From assembly GCA_963847445.1 (NCBI GenBank), contig CAWJZV010000004.1:64001-128000 (forward strand): 64,000 bases of DNA, in the 5' to 3' direction. The position numbers and the translations under genes were made by a program. This document shows positions 54,423 to 63,425 of the stretch, one piece after another (the first letter of the stretch is position 1; each line of letters starts with the position of its first letter). The notes under the pieces are model-generated. The model saw nothing but the letters and a program-made list of their open reading frames with translations, was not told the origin of the DNA and searched no databases. The stretch comes from an uncultured delta proteobacterium. GTDB taxonomy: Bacteria; Desulfobacterota; Binatia; UBA9968.

Positions 54423-55645
54423 TGAAGCACAGTAGCGACCGTATTCTCACCACCCACACCGGCAGCCTGCCGCTGCCGCCGCTGGTGCGCCAAGCCCTCG
54501 CAGCCAAGCGCCGCGGCGAGGCGTACGATCAGGCCGCGATCGACGCCACGCTGACAACCGCCATCGGCGACGTGGTCCGGCGCCAAATCGAAGTCGGCAT
54601 CGACATCGTCGACGACGGCGAGCTCAGCAAGACTGCGTGGAATGATTATGTCGTGCACCGGGTCAGCGGCCTGGAAAGAAAACCGCGCTCGCGCGCCCGG
54701 AGCGCTGAACCTTGGAGCGTTGCCCAAGGCATCGTCCGGCCGCGCGATACTGGGCTGGTCAGACGCGACCTCGAAGGCGCGCCGCGCCACTATCGCACTG
54801 ACATCGCCGAGTTTCATGACCTGGCGCGCGCCCAGAGCGACGGCCATGACAACGGCGGCATGGCTTATGTCTGTACCGGTCCCATCGGCTGGAAGGATTT
54901 CGCCGCGGTGGAAACCGACATTTCTCGATTGGCCGCGGCAGCAGCGACGGCGCAACCCCACGACGTCTTCATGTCGGCGCTTTCGCCCGGCTGTTTCGTG
55001 CGCTTTTTCCGCAACGAATACTATCCCAACGAAGAGCGCTACATGCAGGCGGTCGCCGATGCCATGCGCCTAGAGTACCAGGCCATCGTCGACGCGGGTT
55101 TCATCCTGCAACTCGACTGCCCGGACTTGGCGTCCGGCGCCAACACGGACTACGCCGGCCTGAGCGTCAAGCAATTTCGTAAAGTCATCGAACGCCATGT
55201 CGAGTGCCTCAACTATGCCCTCAAGACAATTCCGCGCGACCAAGTGCGCATCCATGTCTGCTGGGGCAACTACGCAGGACCGCACCACCGCGACATCGCG
55301 CTCCGCGACGTCATCGATATCGTGCTCAAAGCCAACGCCACCGGCATCACCCTCGAATCGGCCAACCCGCGCCATGGCCATGAATGGAAGATCTGGCAAG
55401 AAACTAAATTGCCAGAGGGAAAGATTCTTTTCCCCGGCGTGATCGACGACATCAGCTATTTCATCGAACATCCCGAATTGGTCGCCGAGCGCATCGTTCG
55501 CTTCGCCAAACTGGTCGGCAAAGAGAATGTCATTGCCTGCACCGATTGCGGCTTGCGCCATCTCCCCGATGCCAGTCTGGCTTTCGCTAAACTTTATGCG
55601 TTGTCCGAAGGAGCAAGGCTGGCGAGCCAGGAACTATGGGGCTAG
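54422..55645 (+). CDS. Cobalamin-independent methionine synthase II family protein (catalytic domain only)
   Basis: ILTTHTGSLP, DDGE, LQLDCPDL, IHVCWGNY.GPH, E.ANPRH.HEW, PGVID, TDCG. Confidence 0.88.
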   Translation: MKHSSDRILTTHTGSLPLPPLVRQALAAKRRGEAYDQAAIDATLTTAIGDVVRRQIEVGIDIVDDGELSKTAWNDYVVHRVSGLERKPRSRARSAEPWSVAQGIVRPRDTGLVRRDLEGAPRHYRTDIAEFHDLARAQSDGHDNGGMAYVCTGPIGWKDFAAVETDISRLAAAAATAQPHDVFMSALSPGCFVRFFRNEYYPNEERYMQAVADAMRLEYQAIVDAGFILQLDCPDLASGANTDYAGLSVKQFRKVIERHVECLNYALKTIPRDQVRIHVCWGNYAGPHHRDIALRDVIDIVLKANATGITLESANPRHGHEWKIWQETKLPEGKILFPGVIDDISYFIEHPELVAERIVRFAKLVGKENVIACTDCGLRHLPDASLAFAKLYALSEGARLASQELWG

Positions 55646-55733
55646 CAATGGCCTTGCTCCACGCGCTCTCTCCGACAATAAGCTGGTAGAGAGTCCGCGC
55701 TGCTGGTCTGCATCATGCACTGGAGGGTCGACG

Positions 55734-55940
55734 ATGAAGTGGAGAAGGTTCTTGCGCCGCCTTGCGCTTGCACTGTCGTTTTCCGCGGTCTTCAATGGCG
55801 CTATTTACGCTCAGGTTCCGTTTTATCAAGGCAGGACGATCACCGTGATCGTCAGCAGCGATGCCGGCGGCACCAGCGAAGACGCCATCAATAAGTATCG
55901 CCGACCGGCCATGGAGGTTGCCCGTCAGTTGATCCACTAG
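55734..55940 (+). pseudogene. 5' remnant of a Bug/TctC-type binding-protein gene
   Basis: GGAGG RBS, signal peptide, AQVPFYQGRTITVIVSSDAGGTSE, then an unrelated tail and stop. Confidence 0.65.
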
Positions 55941-56003
55941 GCGGCACTGACGGTCGAGGCCGGCGCGCATCCTGAAAGGCCAAACTCGATCAGCGCCGCT
56001 GCT

Positions 56004-57224
56004 TTACGCTGTCGTCAACTTCAGATGCGCGAAACGCTCGCGCCAGTGAATGCTTGCCGGGATAGTTTGCGCAAACGTATCGATGTGCGGAAAGCGATTG
56101 CGCGCCGGGTCGCGCACGATGTGCGGCGGCTCTTTACCGGCCTGAAACTCTTTGACCGCGTTGATGAGGTATTTGCGCACGGCGATCACCGCCTTGTCGC
56201 TCACCCCCAAATGCTCGCGCGAGCGATCGTAGATCGGCCCCATGGTTTCGGTGGCGCAGCCGTCGTGATTGAGAAAGTTTTCGATGCCGGTGTAATTCAC
56301 CGTCGCCTGGACTTGGCGGTCTTGCAGATAGTTATTCTGGAGGTTGCGGATTTTGCGGTAGTCGGGGCCGATTTGAGTTTTACGATTCCAGTCTTCGACG
56401 GTCGGCTTGCGGTCCTGGAGAAAGCCCAGATCGTAGCGCCATGCGTGCTCGTCATCGACCGGCACATAAATATGCGTCTCGCGGTTGCGCGCCGGCACCC
56501 AGCAGGCGATCGGCATGACGAAGCTCGACACCCGCACGTACTGGCTGTCGGGTCCGGCATTGCGCGTCGCGATCAAGCGCACGCCGAAGTCGGTCTCCTC
56601 GGTTTCATAGGCCGGCGCCGAATCTAAGGCGAATAACTGGCGCCGGCCCGTGGCGCTGAACTCACGGTGCAAGAACGACAGGTGCGACGAATCGCATTCG
56701 CCTTCGAGCCCCTGCAAGTAGTTGCAGTCCATCAGAGCTTTGGTGACGTAAGTCTGATCCTTGGGCAGTTGCGCCCATTCGTAGTTCGGCAACAGCGGCA
56801 TCTTGTCGCGCGGCCCCAGGTAGGCAAAGACGATTCCCGCCGCTTCCATTGTCGGGTAGGCGACATGCTTAAGCTTGGTCTTGAAATCGCTGCCGGCCGG
56901 TTCCGCCGGTGTGTCGAGCACGTTACCGTCCATGTCGTATTTCCAGCCGTGGTAAATGCACCGCAGGCCGCATTCCTCGTTGCGCCCGAAAAACAGCGAG
57001 GTGCCGCGATGCAAGCAGTGCTCTGCCAACAACCCCACCCGTCCCCGGCTGTCGCGGAACGCGACCAGCTTCTCGCTTAGGATGGGCACCCGCACCGGCG
57101 GACAGTCAGGTTCCGGAATCTCCTCGGATAACAACGCCGGAATCCAATAGCGCCGCATGAGATCTCCCATCGGAGTCCCCGCCGCGGTCCTGGTCAAAAG
57201 CTCGTTGTGTTCTTGAGGAAGCAT
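56004..57224 (-). CDS. Rieske oxygenase, phthalate 4,5-dioxygenase/LigX-like
   Basis: GTPMGDLMRRYWIP, CLHRGTSL, CIYHGWKYD, CNYLQGLEG..DSSHLSFLH, HD, EHLGVSD. Confidence 0.92.
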   Translation of the reverse strand: MLPQEHNELLTRTAAGTPMGDLMRRYWIPALLSEEIPEPDCPPVRVPILSEKLVAFRDSRGRVGLLAEHCLHRGTSLFFGRNEECGLRCIYHGWKYDMDGNVLDTPAEPAGSDFKTKLKHVAYPTMEAAGIVFAYLGPRDKMPLLPNYEWAQLPKDQTYVTKALMDCNYLQGLEGECDSSHLSFLHREFSATGRRQLFALDSAPAYETEETDFGVRLIATRNAGPDSQYVRVSSFVMPIACWVPARNRETHIYVPVDDEHAWRYDLGFLQDRKPTVEDWNRKTQIGPDYRKIRNLQNNYLQDRQVQATVNYTGIENFLNHDGCATETMGPIYDRSREHLGVSDKAVIAVRKYLINAVKEFQAGKEPPHIVRDPARNRFPHIDTFAQTIPASIHWRERFAHLKLTTA

Positions 57225-57444
57225 TTCACTTTCACCTCTGCCGCGCAGAATACTCATTCAGACCGCGGTTCCAAGAGTCGGCAGGCATGGACAGAGGCAA
57301 GGACATTGATGCAGGGGTAGCTTACTCGCTTGCGAATGATTGACTCATATAAAGAATTTTGGCGTTTTTCGACGATAAGGCCTTCGCCATCAAGCTAGAA
57401 ATGAAAGTTGCCGAGAAGGTGAATCAGCAAGTCATGAAACGGAG

Positions 57445-57513
57445 TTAGCTCAGAAGATGCCCATTCTCGTTGACGAAGCGCTTGATCAGCGCGCTCGTGT
57501 CGAGATAATTCAC
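57445..57513 (-). pseudogene. Truncated VapC (PIN) toxin
   Basis: GTG overlapping the antitoxin stop gives VNYLDTSALIKRFVNENGHLLS*; LDTSALIK is the PIN N-terminal motif. Confidence 0.75.
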
Positions 57514-57791
57514 CGGCGTTCGTCCAGGATTACCTTGGACACCGGCTTACCGGACGCGTTTACCAGGCGCACACGCTTCAATGGCTTCCGAGTTGGCAAA
57601 ATCACCGCACCGCGCGCGGCCAGACCGGCGAGTTTACCTTCAAGGCTCATGGCCTTCGCAGTTCCGTTAATCGGATGGAGCAAAGCAATCGGCGCCCCCC
57701 GGTCCGTAACAATAATTTCTTCGCCAAGCTTAGTCCGCCGAAGATAGTGGGTAAGACGATTTTTGAGTTCCTTCACGCCAACGGTGCTCAT
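57510..57791 (-). CDS. Phd/YefM family antitoxin
   Basis: MSTVGVKELKNRLTHYLRR...GEEIIVTDRGAPIALL.P. Confidence 0.9.
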   Translation of the reverse strand: MSTVGVKELKNRLTHYLRRTKLGEEIIVTDRGAPIALLHPINGTAKAMSLEGKLAGLAARGAVILPTRKPLKRVRLVNASGKPVSKVILDERR

Positions 57792-57806
57792 AACAAAATT
57801 TCCCTC

Positions 57807-57840
57807 GTAGCCACCGTAGCTACTTGGCCGGGGTTGTCAA
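57807..57840 (-). promoter_or_regulatory. Promoter and palindromic operator of the TA operon
   Basis: TTGACA-N16-TACGGT with the inverted repeat GTAGC-N7-GCTAC overlapping the -10. Confidence 0.55.
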
Positions 57841-58158
57841 GTTTAGAGTCGACCGTCTTTCTCGGGACTCATCTCGACAGATTCCTTTCGCCCCGCTTGT
57901 GATTACAGCACCAACCGCTGGGGCATCCTTAACCCTTCTATTTTCTCGACGGAACGGTATTTGTCATCAATCCGATCGTCATGGCGAAATGGAGAAAAAG
58001 CAATCAGTCAACAGCGACAGCGGAAGCGCTGGCGTAAGCATCGTTGGGAAATCGGCCTCCGGGCGAGTGGGCCCTGCAAAGCAATTGCGTTGTCCAAGAC
58101 TCTTGCTCATAACTTGCTAAAGATTTAAACCTCAATACGTTAAAAGGAGGATATTCCG

Positions 58159-58551
58159 ATGGCAAAGACCACACTCAATCCCGATGGACTGCCGGTGCCG
58201 CGTGGGAGTTATTCGCTGGTCAACATTGCCCAGCCGGGCCGGATGGTATTCATCGCCGGGCAGACGGCTTCGGATCATGAGGGCAAGGTCGTCGGCGCCG
58301 GTGATGCACGGGCACAGACGCGTTTCATATTGGGCAAGATTCAACGCGCCGTCGAAGCCGCCGGCGGAACCATGAACGATGTCGTTGCGCTCAACGTCTT
58401 CACCACGGATGTGCGTAATCACCGCGACGTCAACGAAACGCGGCGTGAAGTCTTGGGATCAAACTTCCCTACCAGCACGATGGTGCAGGTGGTGGCATTA
58501 GCGCGACCCGAGCTGCTGCTGGAGATCAATGCGATCGCGGTTATTCCCTGA
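58159..58551 (+). CDS. RidA/YjgF family protein
   Basis: YS, VFIAGQ, QTR, AAGG...DVV, R, PTST.V.V..L...LLEI.AIA. Confidence 0.9.
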   Translation: MAKTTLNPDGLPVPRGSYSLVNIAQPGRMVFIAGQTASDHEGKVVGAGDARAQTRFILGKIQRAVEAAGGTMNDVVALNVFTTDVRNHRDVNETRREVLGSNFPTSTMVQVVALARPELLLEINAIAVIP

Positions 58552-58744
58552 AGGCAATTGGGATAAATGGCCGGACGGTTGGTTTTGCCCGACGGTTGAA
58601 GCGATCTGTGCCTTGCGCGAATTGAATAGTAAAGCGTCCCTTTACAATACAAACCGAGCAATTTTATCGAAGTCTTGCATCTGGATTAGACGACCAGGCT
58701 ACTCATAGATTATCCCTGACTGCCCAGCCTGAAAAGAGCAATCC

Positions 58745-59005
58745 ATGCCGATCGTTTCGACGTTTTTTGGAATCATTGTTCGGATGTATTTCGGCGATCA
58801 TAATCCTCCACACTTTCATGTAGAGTTTCAGGGAGAGAAGGCCACGTTCAGGTTTGACGGACAACTCCTGGCTGGAAGTCTTTCGTCCGCGACGGCGCGG
58901 AAACTAGTCCGTGACTGGGCTCGTCGTCACAGACTCGAGCTTATGATAAATTGGCGGAACATTGAGAATGGACGCCCGATCAATCGAATCAAGCCCCTGG
59001 AGTAG
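58745..59005 (+). CDS. DUF4160 protein
   Basis: MPIVSTFFGIIVRMYFGDHNPPHFHV...W...H..EL..NW...I.PL. Confidence 0.9.
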   Translation: MPIVSTFFGIIVRMYFGDHNPPHFHVEFQGEKATFRFDGQLLAGSLSSATARKLVRDWARRHRLELMINWRNIENGRPINRIKPLE

Positions 59006-59008
59006 TAT

Positions 59009-59302
59009 ATGAGTTACTTGCCTCAAGTTGTCGGCGCACGCTATGTCAGCAGATTTATTGTTTCGACTCGTTTTGATGACGGCACGGAGAAGCACATCGA
59101 TGTTTCTCAATGGTTCAAAGGGCCGGTCTTTGAACCGCTCAAGGATCCGAAACTTTTCAAGAAATTCTTCATCGAAGCAGGAACACTGGCTTGGCCGAAT
59201 GGTGTCGACATAGCGCCTGAAGCCTTGTATGCCGCGCGTGACTCAAAGAAGACGCAAAACAAAGCGATCGCTCGAACTCGGAAAACCCGTCGCTCATCCT
59301 GA
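59009..59302 (+). CDS. DUF2442 protein
   Basis: FDDG, GPVFEPLKD, TLAWPNGVDIAPEALY. Confidence 0.9.
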   Translation: MSYLPQVVGARYVSRFIVSTRFDDGTEKHIDVSQWFKGPVFEPLKDPKLFKKFFIEAGTLAWPNGVDIAPEALYAARDSKKTQNKAIARTRKTRRSS

Positions 59303-59356
59303 CGGCGGGTGTTAAAGCTCGCGTATTGGAATACATACAAAAAGGAGGAACTCACA

Positions 59357-59935
59357 ATGGCACAATCGATTTCCATACATCCAGCGGTGGACCAGGGCGT
59401 GAAACCCGCGGCGGCGAACTTCGCCGGCGGCACTCTACTCTGTCGCTGCGCCGACAAGAAAGTCGCGGTCTCGATCAAAGGCCAATGCGCCCACAACCAC
59501 GTCTGCGGCTGCACCAAGTGCTGGAAACCGGCCGGCGCGCTATTCTCTCAAGTCGCCGTCGTCAGCCGCGATAATCTCGCGGTCACCGCCAATGGCGACA
59601 AGCTGAAAGTCGTCGATGCCAATGCCGCGATCAAACGCCACGCGTGCAGCGGCTGCGGCGTGCATATGTACGGCCGCATCGACAATACCAAGCATCCCTT
59701 CTACGGCTTCGACTTCTTCCACACCGAGCTATCGTCGGAGTCCGGTTGGGCACCGCCGGAATTCGCCGCCTTTGTCTCCTCGATCATCGAGTCCGGCTAC
59801 GACCCCGCCAACATGGGCGCAGTGCGAGCAAGACTGAAAGAGTTGAAGTTGGAACCGTACGACTGCTTGTCACCGGCCCTGATGGACGCCATCGCCACGC
59901 ATGCGGCGAAAGCCGCCGGGGCGCTCAAGGGTTAA
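59357..59935 (+). CDS. gfa: Glutathione-dependent formaldehyde-activating enzyme
   Basis: [62 protein letters not shown]. Confidence 0.93.
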   Translation: MAQSISIHPAVDQGVKPAAANFAGGTLLCRCADKKVAVSIKGQCAHNHVCGCTKCWKPAGALFSQVAVVSRDNLAVTANGDKLKVVDANAAIKRHACSGCGVHMYGRIDNTKHPFYGFDFFHTELSSESGWAPPEFAAFVSSIIESGYDPANMGAVRARLKELKLEPYDCLSPALMDAIATHAAKAAGALKG

Positions 59936-59961
59936 TTGCGGCAACGCCACGCAGCAGCTAC

Positions 59962-60615
59962 ATGGCAAATCGAAAAGTTCGGACGGTAATCGCTCAGCCG
60001 CCGATAGGAGACTCCGCGCAGATCAGCCAATTCCGGCCGCATCCGTGGCACGGCCTACCCGCCGGCCCGGAACCGCCGGAACTCCTCAACGCCTATATCG
60101 AGATCACGCCCTTCGACCTGATGAAATATGAGATCGATAAGGTTTCCGGTTATCTCCGAGTCGACCGGCCGCAACGCACCTCGGCGCAACCGCCGACGCT
60201 CTACGGATTCATTCCCCGAACCTACTGCCACGAGAACGTGCGGCGGCTCGCGCCTGGATCGACACGCGGCGATGGCGATCCGTTGGATGTGTGCGTGCTC
60301 AGCGAGCGGACCATCGCGCGCAACGAAATCATCGTCCGCTGCCGGGTCATCGGCGGTTTGCAGATGATCGACCACGGCGAGGCCGACGATAAGATCATCG
60401 CCGTCTTGGACAACGACTATGTCTGGGGCCAAGCCCGCAACATCGACGACGTCCCGGCGGTCTTCATTGAGCGACTTCAGCACTATTTCCTGACCTACAA
60501 GCTCGTGCCGGGAGAACGAGCCAAAGTGCGCATCGCGCAAACCTACGGCCGCAGTCACGCGCTTCGAGTGGTGCGCGCGGCGATGGCTGATTACCAAGCC
60601 AACTTCGTTCGATAA
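59962..60615 (+). CDS. ppa: Family I inorganic pyrophosphatase
   Basis: [46 protein letters not shown]. Confidence 0.92.
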   Translation: MANRKVRTVIAQPPIGDSAQISQFRPHPWHGLPAGPEPPELLNAYIEITPFDLMKYEIDKVSGYLRVDRPQRTSAQPPTLYGFIPRTYCHENVRRLAPGSTRGDGDPLDVCVLSERTIARNEIIVRCRVIGGLQMIDHGEADDKIIAVLDNDYVWGQARNIDDVPAVFIERLQHYFLTYKLVPGERAKVRIAQTYGRSHALRVVRAAMADYQANFVR

Positions 60616-60698
60616 AACGCTCACCGTTGCCTTGCATTGACATCGGAAGACTTGCTTAGCTAAGCTTGCCCCAGTCAATTTCCCATGGGAGGCAGATT

Positions 60699-61670
60699 AT
60701 GAAAGCCATCCGCATTCACGAATTTGGCCAATCGGAAGATGTTCTTAAATACGAAGACGTTCCTGTCCCGGAACCCAAGGCCGGCGAGGTTTTGATCAAA
60801 GTCGAAGCGGCGTCGCTCAATCGCGCCGACTTGGGCTTGCGCAAAGGAACTTATCGAATTGCCGCCGACGCTCTGCCGGTAATTCCCGGTCGTGAGTTCG
60901 CCGGCAGGGTCACCAAACTCGGCGCTGGTGTCAGTGAATTCGCCGTGGGTCAACACGTCGTCGGCTATCCCAGTCTCGGCGGCTATGCCGAGTACGCCGT
61001 CGCAAAAGTCGCCGAAGTGCGGCCGGTGCCGGATGGCGTTACTGCCGCGCAGGCGGCGGCGCTGCCGACCGCTTCGCTCACGGCATGGTTCGGACTCAAA
61101 ACTGACGGCGCTTTGAAAGCCGGCGAGTGGCTGCTCGTCCAAGGCGGCAGCAGCGGCGTCGGCGTCGCGGCGATTCAGATCGCCAAGCATCTCGGCGCCA
61201 AAGTCATCGCCACCTCGGGCAGCGAAGTCAAATGCCGCAGATTGCGCCAGCTCGGCGCCGACGTAACCGTCGATGTGTCGGAAAATGATTTTCTAAGCGA
61301 AGTCATGCGGGTCACGGACAGCCGCGGCGTCGATGTCGTGCTCGAAATGATCGGCGGCGAAGTCTATCAGAAAAGCCTGCAAGCGTTGGCACCCGGTGGA
61401 CGGCTGTTTTCCATCGGCGGTGCCTTCGGCGCCGTTCCCGATCCACCGCCGGCCCTGACGGAAGGTAGAAAAGCAACGCGTTTTTCGATCACCAATTATT
61501 TGAAGACAAAACCGGACGACTACAAAGAGCTCGACGTCGTTCTAAAACTGGTCCAGGAGAAGAAGTTCGATGTCGGCATCGGCAAGACCTTTCCTTTAGC
61601 TGAAACCCGCGCCGCCCAGCGTTATCTGGAAGGACGCGAGCACTTCGGCAAAGTCATGTTGTCAATGTAG
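60699..61670 (+). CDS. Quinone oxidoreductase-type medium-chain dehydrogenase/reductase
   Basis: MKAIRIHEFG, LNRAD...RKG.Y, PGREFAG, GGYAEY, GGSSGVG.AAIQ, HFGKV. Confidence 0.92.
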   Translation: MKAIRIHEFGQSEDVLKYEDVPVPEPKAGEVLIKVEAASLNRADLGLRKGTYRIAADALPVIPGREFAGRVTKLGAGVSEFAVGQHVVGYPSLGGYAEYAVAKVAEVRPVPDGVTAAQAAALPTASLTAWFGLKTDGALKAGEWLLVQGGSSGVGVAAIQIAKHLGAKVIATSGSEVKCRRLRQLGADVTVDVSENDFLSEVMRVTDSRGVDVVLEMIGGEVYQKSLQALAPGGRLFSIGGAFGAVPDPPPALTEGRKATRFSITNYLKTKPDDYKELDVVLKLVQEKKFDVGIGKTFPLAETRAAQRYLEGREHFGKVMLSM

Positions 61671-61677
61671 AAACGTA

Positions 61678-61745
61678 TGGAGTGATGGAGTATTGGATCG
61701 GATTCCGTCCCAACACTCCAGTACTCCATCAATCCAGTACTCCAA
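61678..61745. repeat. Inverted octamer arrays, same family as 17737-17830
   Basis: ATGGAGTGATGGAGTATTGG ... CCAACACTCCAGTACTCCATCAATCCAGTACTCCAA. Confidence 0.85.
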
Positions 61746-61757
61746 GGAGACCCCGCC

Positions 61758-62255
61758 ATGTCATTCAAAATCAAACGCGTCGGCCATTTAGTTTTGAAAG
61801 TGAAAAATCTTCAGCGCTCGCGCAAGTTCTTCACCGAAGTCTTGGGCTTTCCCCAGGTCGGCGAGAACGACCGTGGCATGCTCTTCTTCAGCACCGATGT
61901 GGTCGACAACCATCACATGCTCGCCCTGCGCGAAGCCAAGCCCGGCGCGGCGATGCCGGAACCCGAACAAATCGGCATGGAGCATGTGTCGTTTGAACTC
62001 GGCACTTTCGCCGAGCTGCAGGAAGCCTACCGCAAGTTCAAAGAGCATGATGTCAAAATCCGTATGACCGTCTTCCACGGCGTCGCCAAGAGCATTTACT
62101 TCTACGATCCCGACGGCAACCAGCTCGAAGTCTATTGCAACGTCCCGCCGGAAGAATACCGCAATTCCATATCCAACCCGTACTACAATTACGGCGGCAT
62201 CGAGGACGAACTCGACGGCAAAGTAGCGCAGCGTCCCGGCTCGGTCGTGCCGTGA
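61758..62255 (+). CDS. VOC (glyoxalase/extradiol dioxygenase) family protein
   Basis: GHLVLKV..L..S..FF..VLG, HH.LAL, EHVSF, HG...SIYFYDPDGNQLE. Confidence 0.9.
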   Translation: MSFKIKRVGHLVLKVKNLQRSRKFFTEVLGFPQVGENDRGMLFFSTDVVDNHHMLALREAKPGAAMPEPEQIGMEHVSFELGTFAELQEAYRKFKEHDVKIRMTVFHGVAKSIYFYDPDGNQLEVYCNVPPEEYRNSISNPYYNYGGIEDELDGKVAQRPGSVVP

Positions 62256-62261
62256 GATGCC

Positions 62262-62335
62262 GTCAGGAGTAAAATAGTTAGGAGTAAGGGGTAGGTGACT
62301 CCTGACTCTCATGACTGACTCTGACTTCTGACTGG
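62262..62335. repeat. Degenerate inverted heptamer arrays (AGGAGT.. / TGACTCC-like)
   Basis: GTCAGGAGTAAAATAGTTAGGAGTAAGG ... TGACTCCTGACTCTCATGACTGACTCTGACTTCTGACT. Confidence 0.6.
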
Positions 62336-62367
62336 CCGCTTCTCCCGTCGTCTGCTAAAGTAGCCTA

Positions 62368-63423
62368 GTGAACGGTTCACCTGAAAAAGCCAAGAGCGCA
62401 CTCGCACAGCCACAGAATCCCGGCATAGACCTAGCCGCGCTGGACGATGACGCGTTGTTGCAGATGCGCATCTGCGATCTCAAGCTCAAAATCGCCGGCA
62501 GCGAGCTCGAATCGCGCATCGATAAATTCTACGCCGAGCTTAGCGCCCACGGCATCGCGGTTAAACCGCTCTGCTACTTGGGCGACGAGTGGTTTTGTCC
62601 GGATGGCTCGGCGACCATCGCGATCCCCTTCTACCTCGCCCATCCGCGCCTGAAGCGGCTCGAAGCCAAGATGATGCTGGAAGTGGAAGGCGACACCGAG
62701 GCCTGGTGTCTGCGTTTGCTGCGCCACGAAATGGGTCACGTGATAAACCACGCCTACCTGCTCAAAAAGGACAAACGCTGGCAAAAACTTTTCGGTCCGC
62801 CGTCATTGGAGTATTCCGAGAGCTATCGCGCGCGCCCGTACAGCAAGCGCTTCGTGCGCCATCTCGACGGCTACTACGCGCAGAGCCATCCTGAAGAGGA
62901 CTTCGCCGAAACATTTGCCATTTGGCTTACGCCCGAGCTCGATTGGCGCCAGCAATATCGCGACTGGAAAGCGCTGGAGAAATTGGAATATGTCGACAAG
63001 CTCATGCAGGAGCTCGCCGGCAAACCGCCGTTGGTGTTTTCGAAATCGAAAATCAGCGATGCCGCGCGCCTGCGCTCTCGGCTCGGAGCGCACTACCGGC
63101 GCCGCCGCCGGACCTACGCCCAGGAATTTCCCGATTTTTTTGACGGCGACTTGCGCAAACTATTCGTCGACTCCGCGGCGGCGCCGGAAAACGAGCGGGC
63201 CGCGACATTCTTGCGCCGTTCGAACAAACTCATTCTCAACGCCGTCTCCGCTTGGACCGGCGAGCCCAAGTTCACTATCAGCCGTCTGCTGCGCGGCCTG
63301 ACTGAACGCTGCGCCGAACTCGACCTGCGGTTAAAGTCGCAATCCACCGCGGTCGAGGTCGCCGCCTATTTAGCAACCCTGGCGTCACACTACCGGCTCA
63401 CGGGAAAATTTAAGGACACCTAG
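62368..63423 (+). CDS. Putative zinc-binding metallopeptidase (zincin-like)
   Basis: EWFCPDG..IAIPFYLAHPRL, LRHEMGH (HExxH), YAQSHPEEDFAETFA.WL. Confidence 0.85.
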   Translation: MNGSPEKAKSALAQPQNPGIDLAALDDDALLQMRICDLKLKIAGSELESRIDKFYAELSAHGIAVKPLCYLGDEWFCPDGSATIAIPFYLAHPRLKRLEAKMMLEVEGDTEAWCLRLLRHEMGHVINHAYLLKKDKRWQKLFGPPSLEYSESYRARPYSKRFVRHLDGYYAQSHPEEDFAETFAIWLTPELDWRQQYRDWKALEKLEYVDKLMQELAGKPPLVFSKSKISDAARLRSRLGAHYRRRRRTYAQEFPDFFDGDLRKLFVDSAAAPENERAATFLRRSNKLILNAVSAWTGEPKFTISRLLRGLTERCAELDLRLKSQSTAVEVAAYLATLASHYRLTGKFKDT

Positions 63424-63425
63424 TC

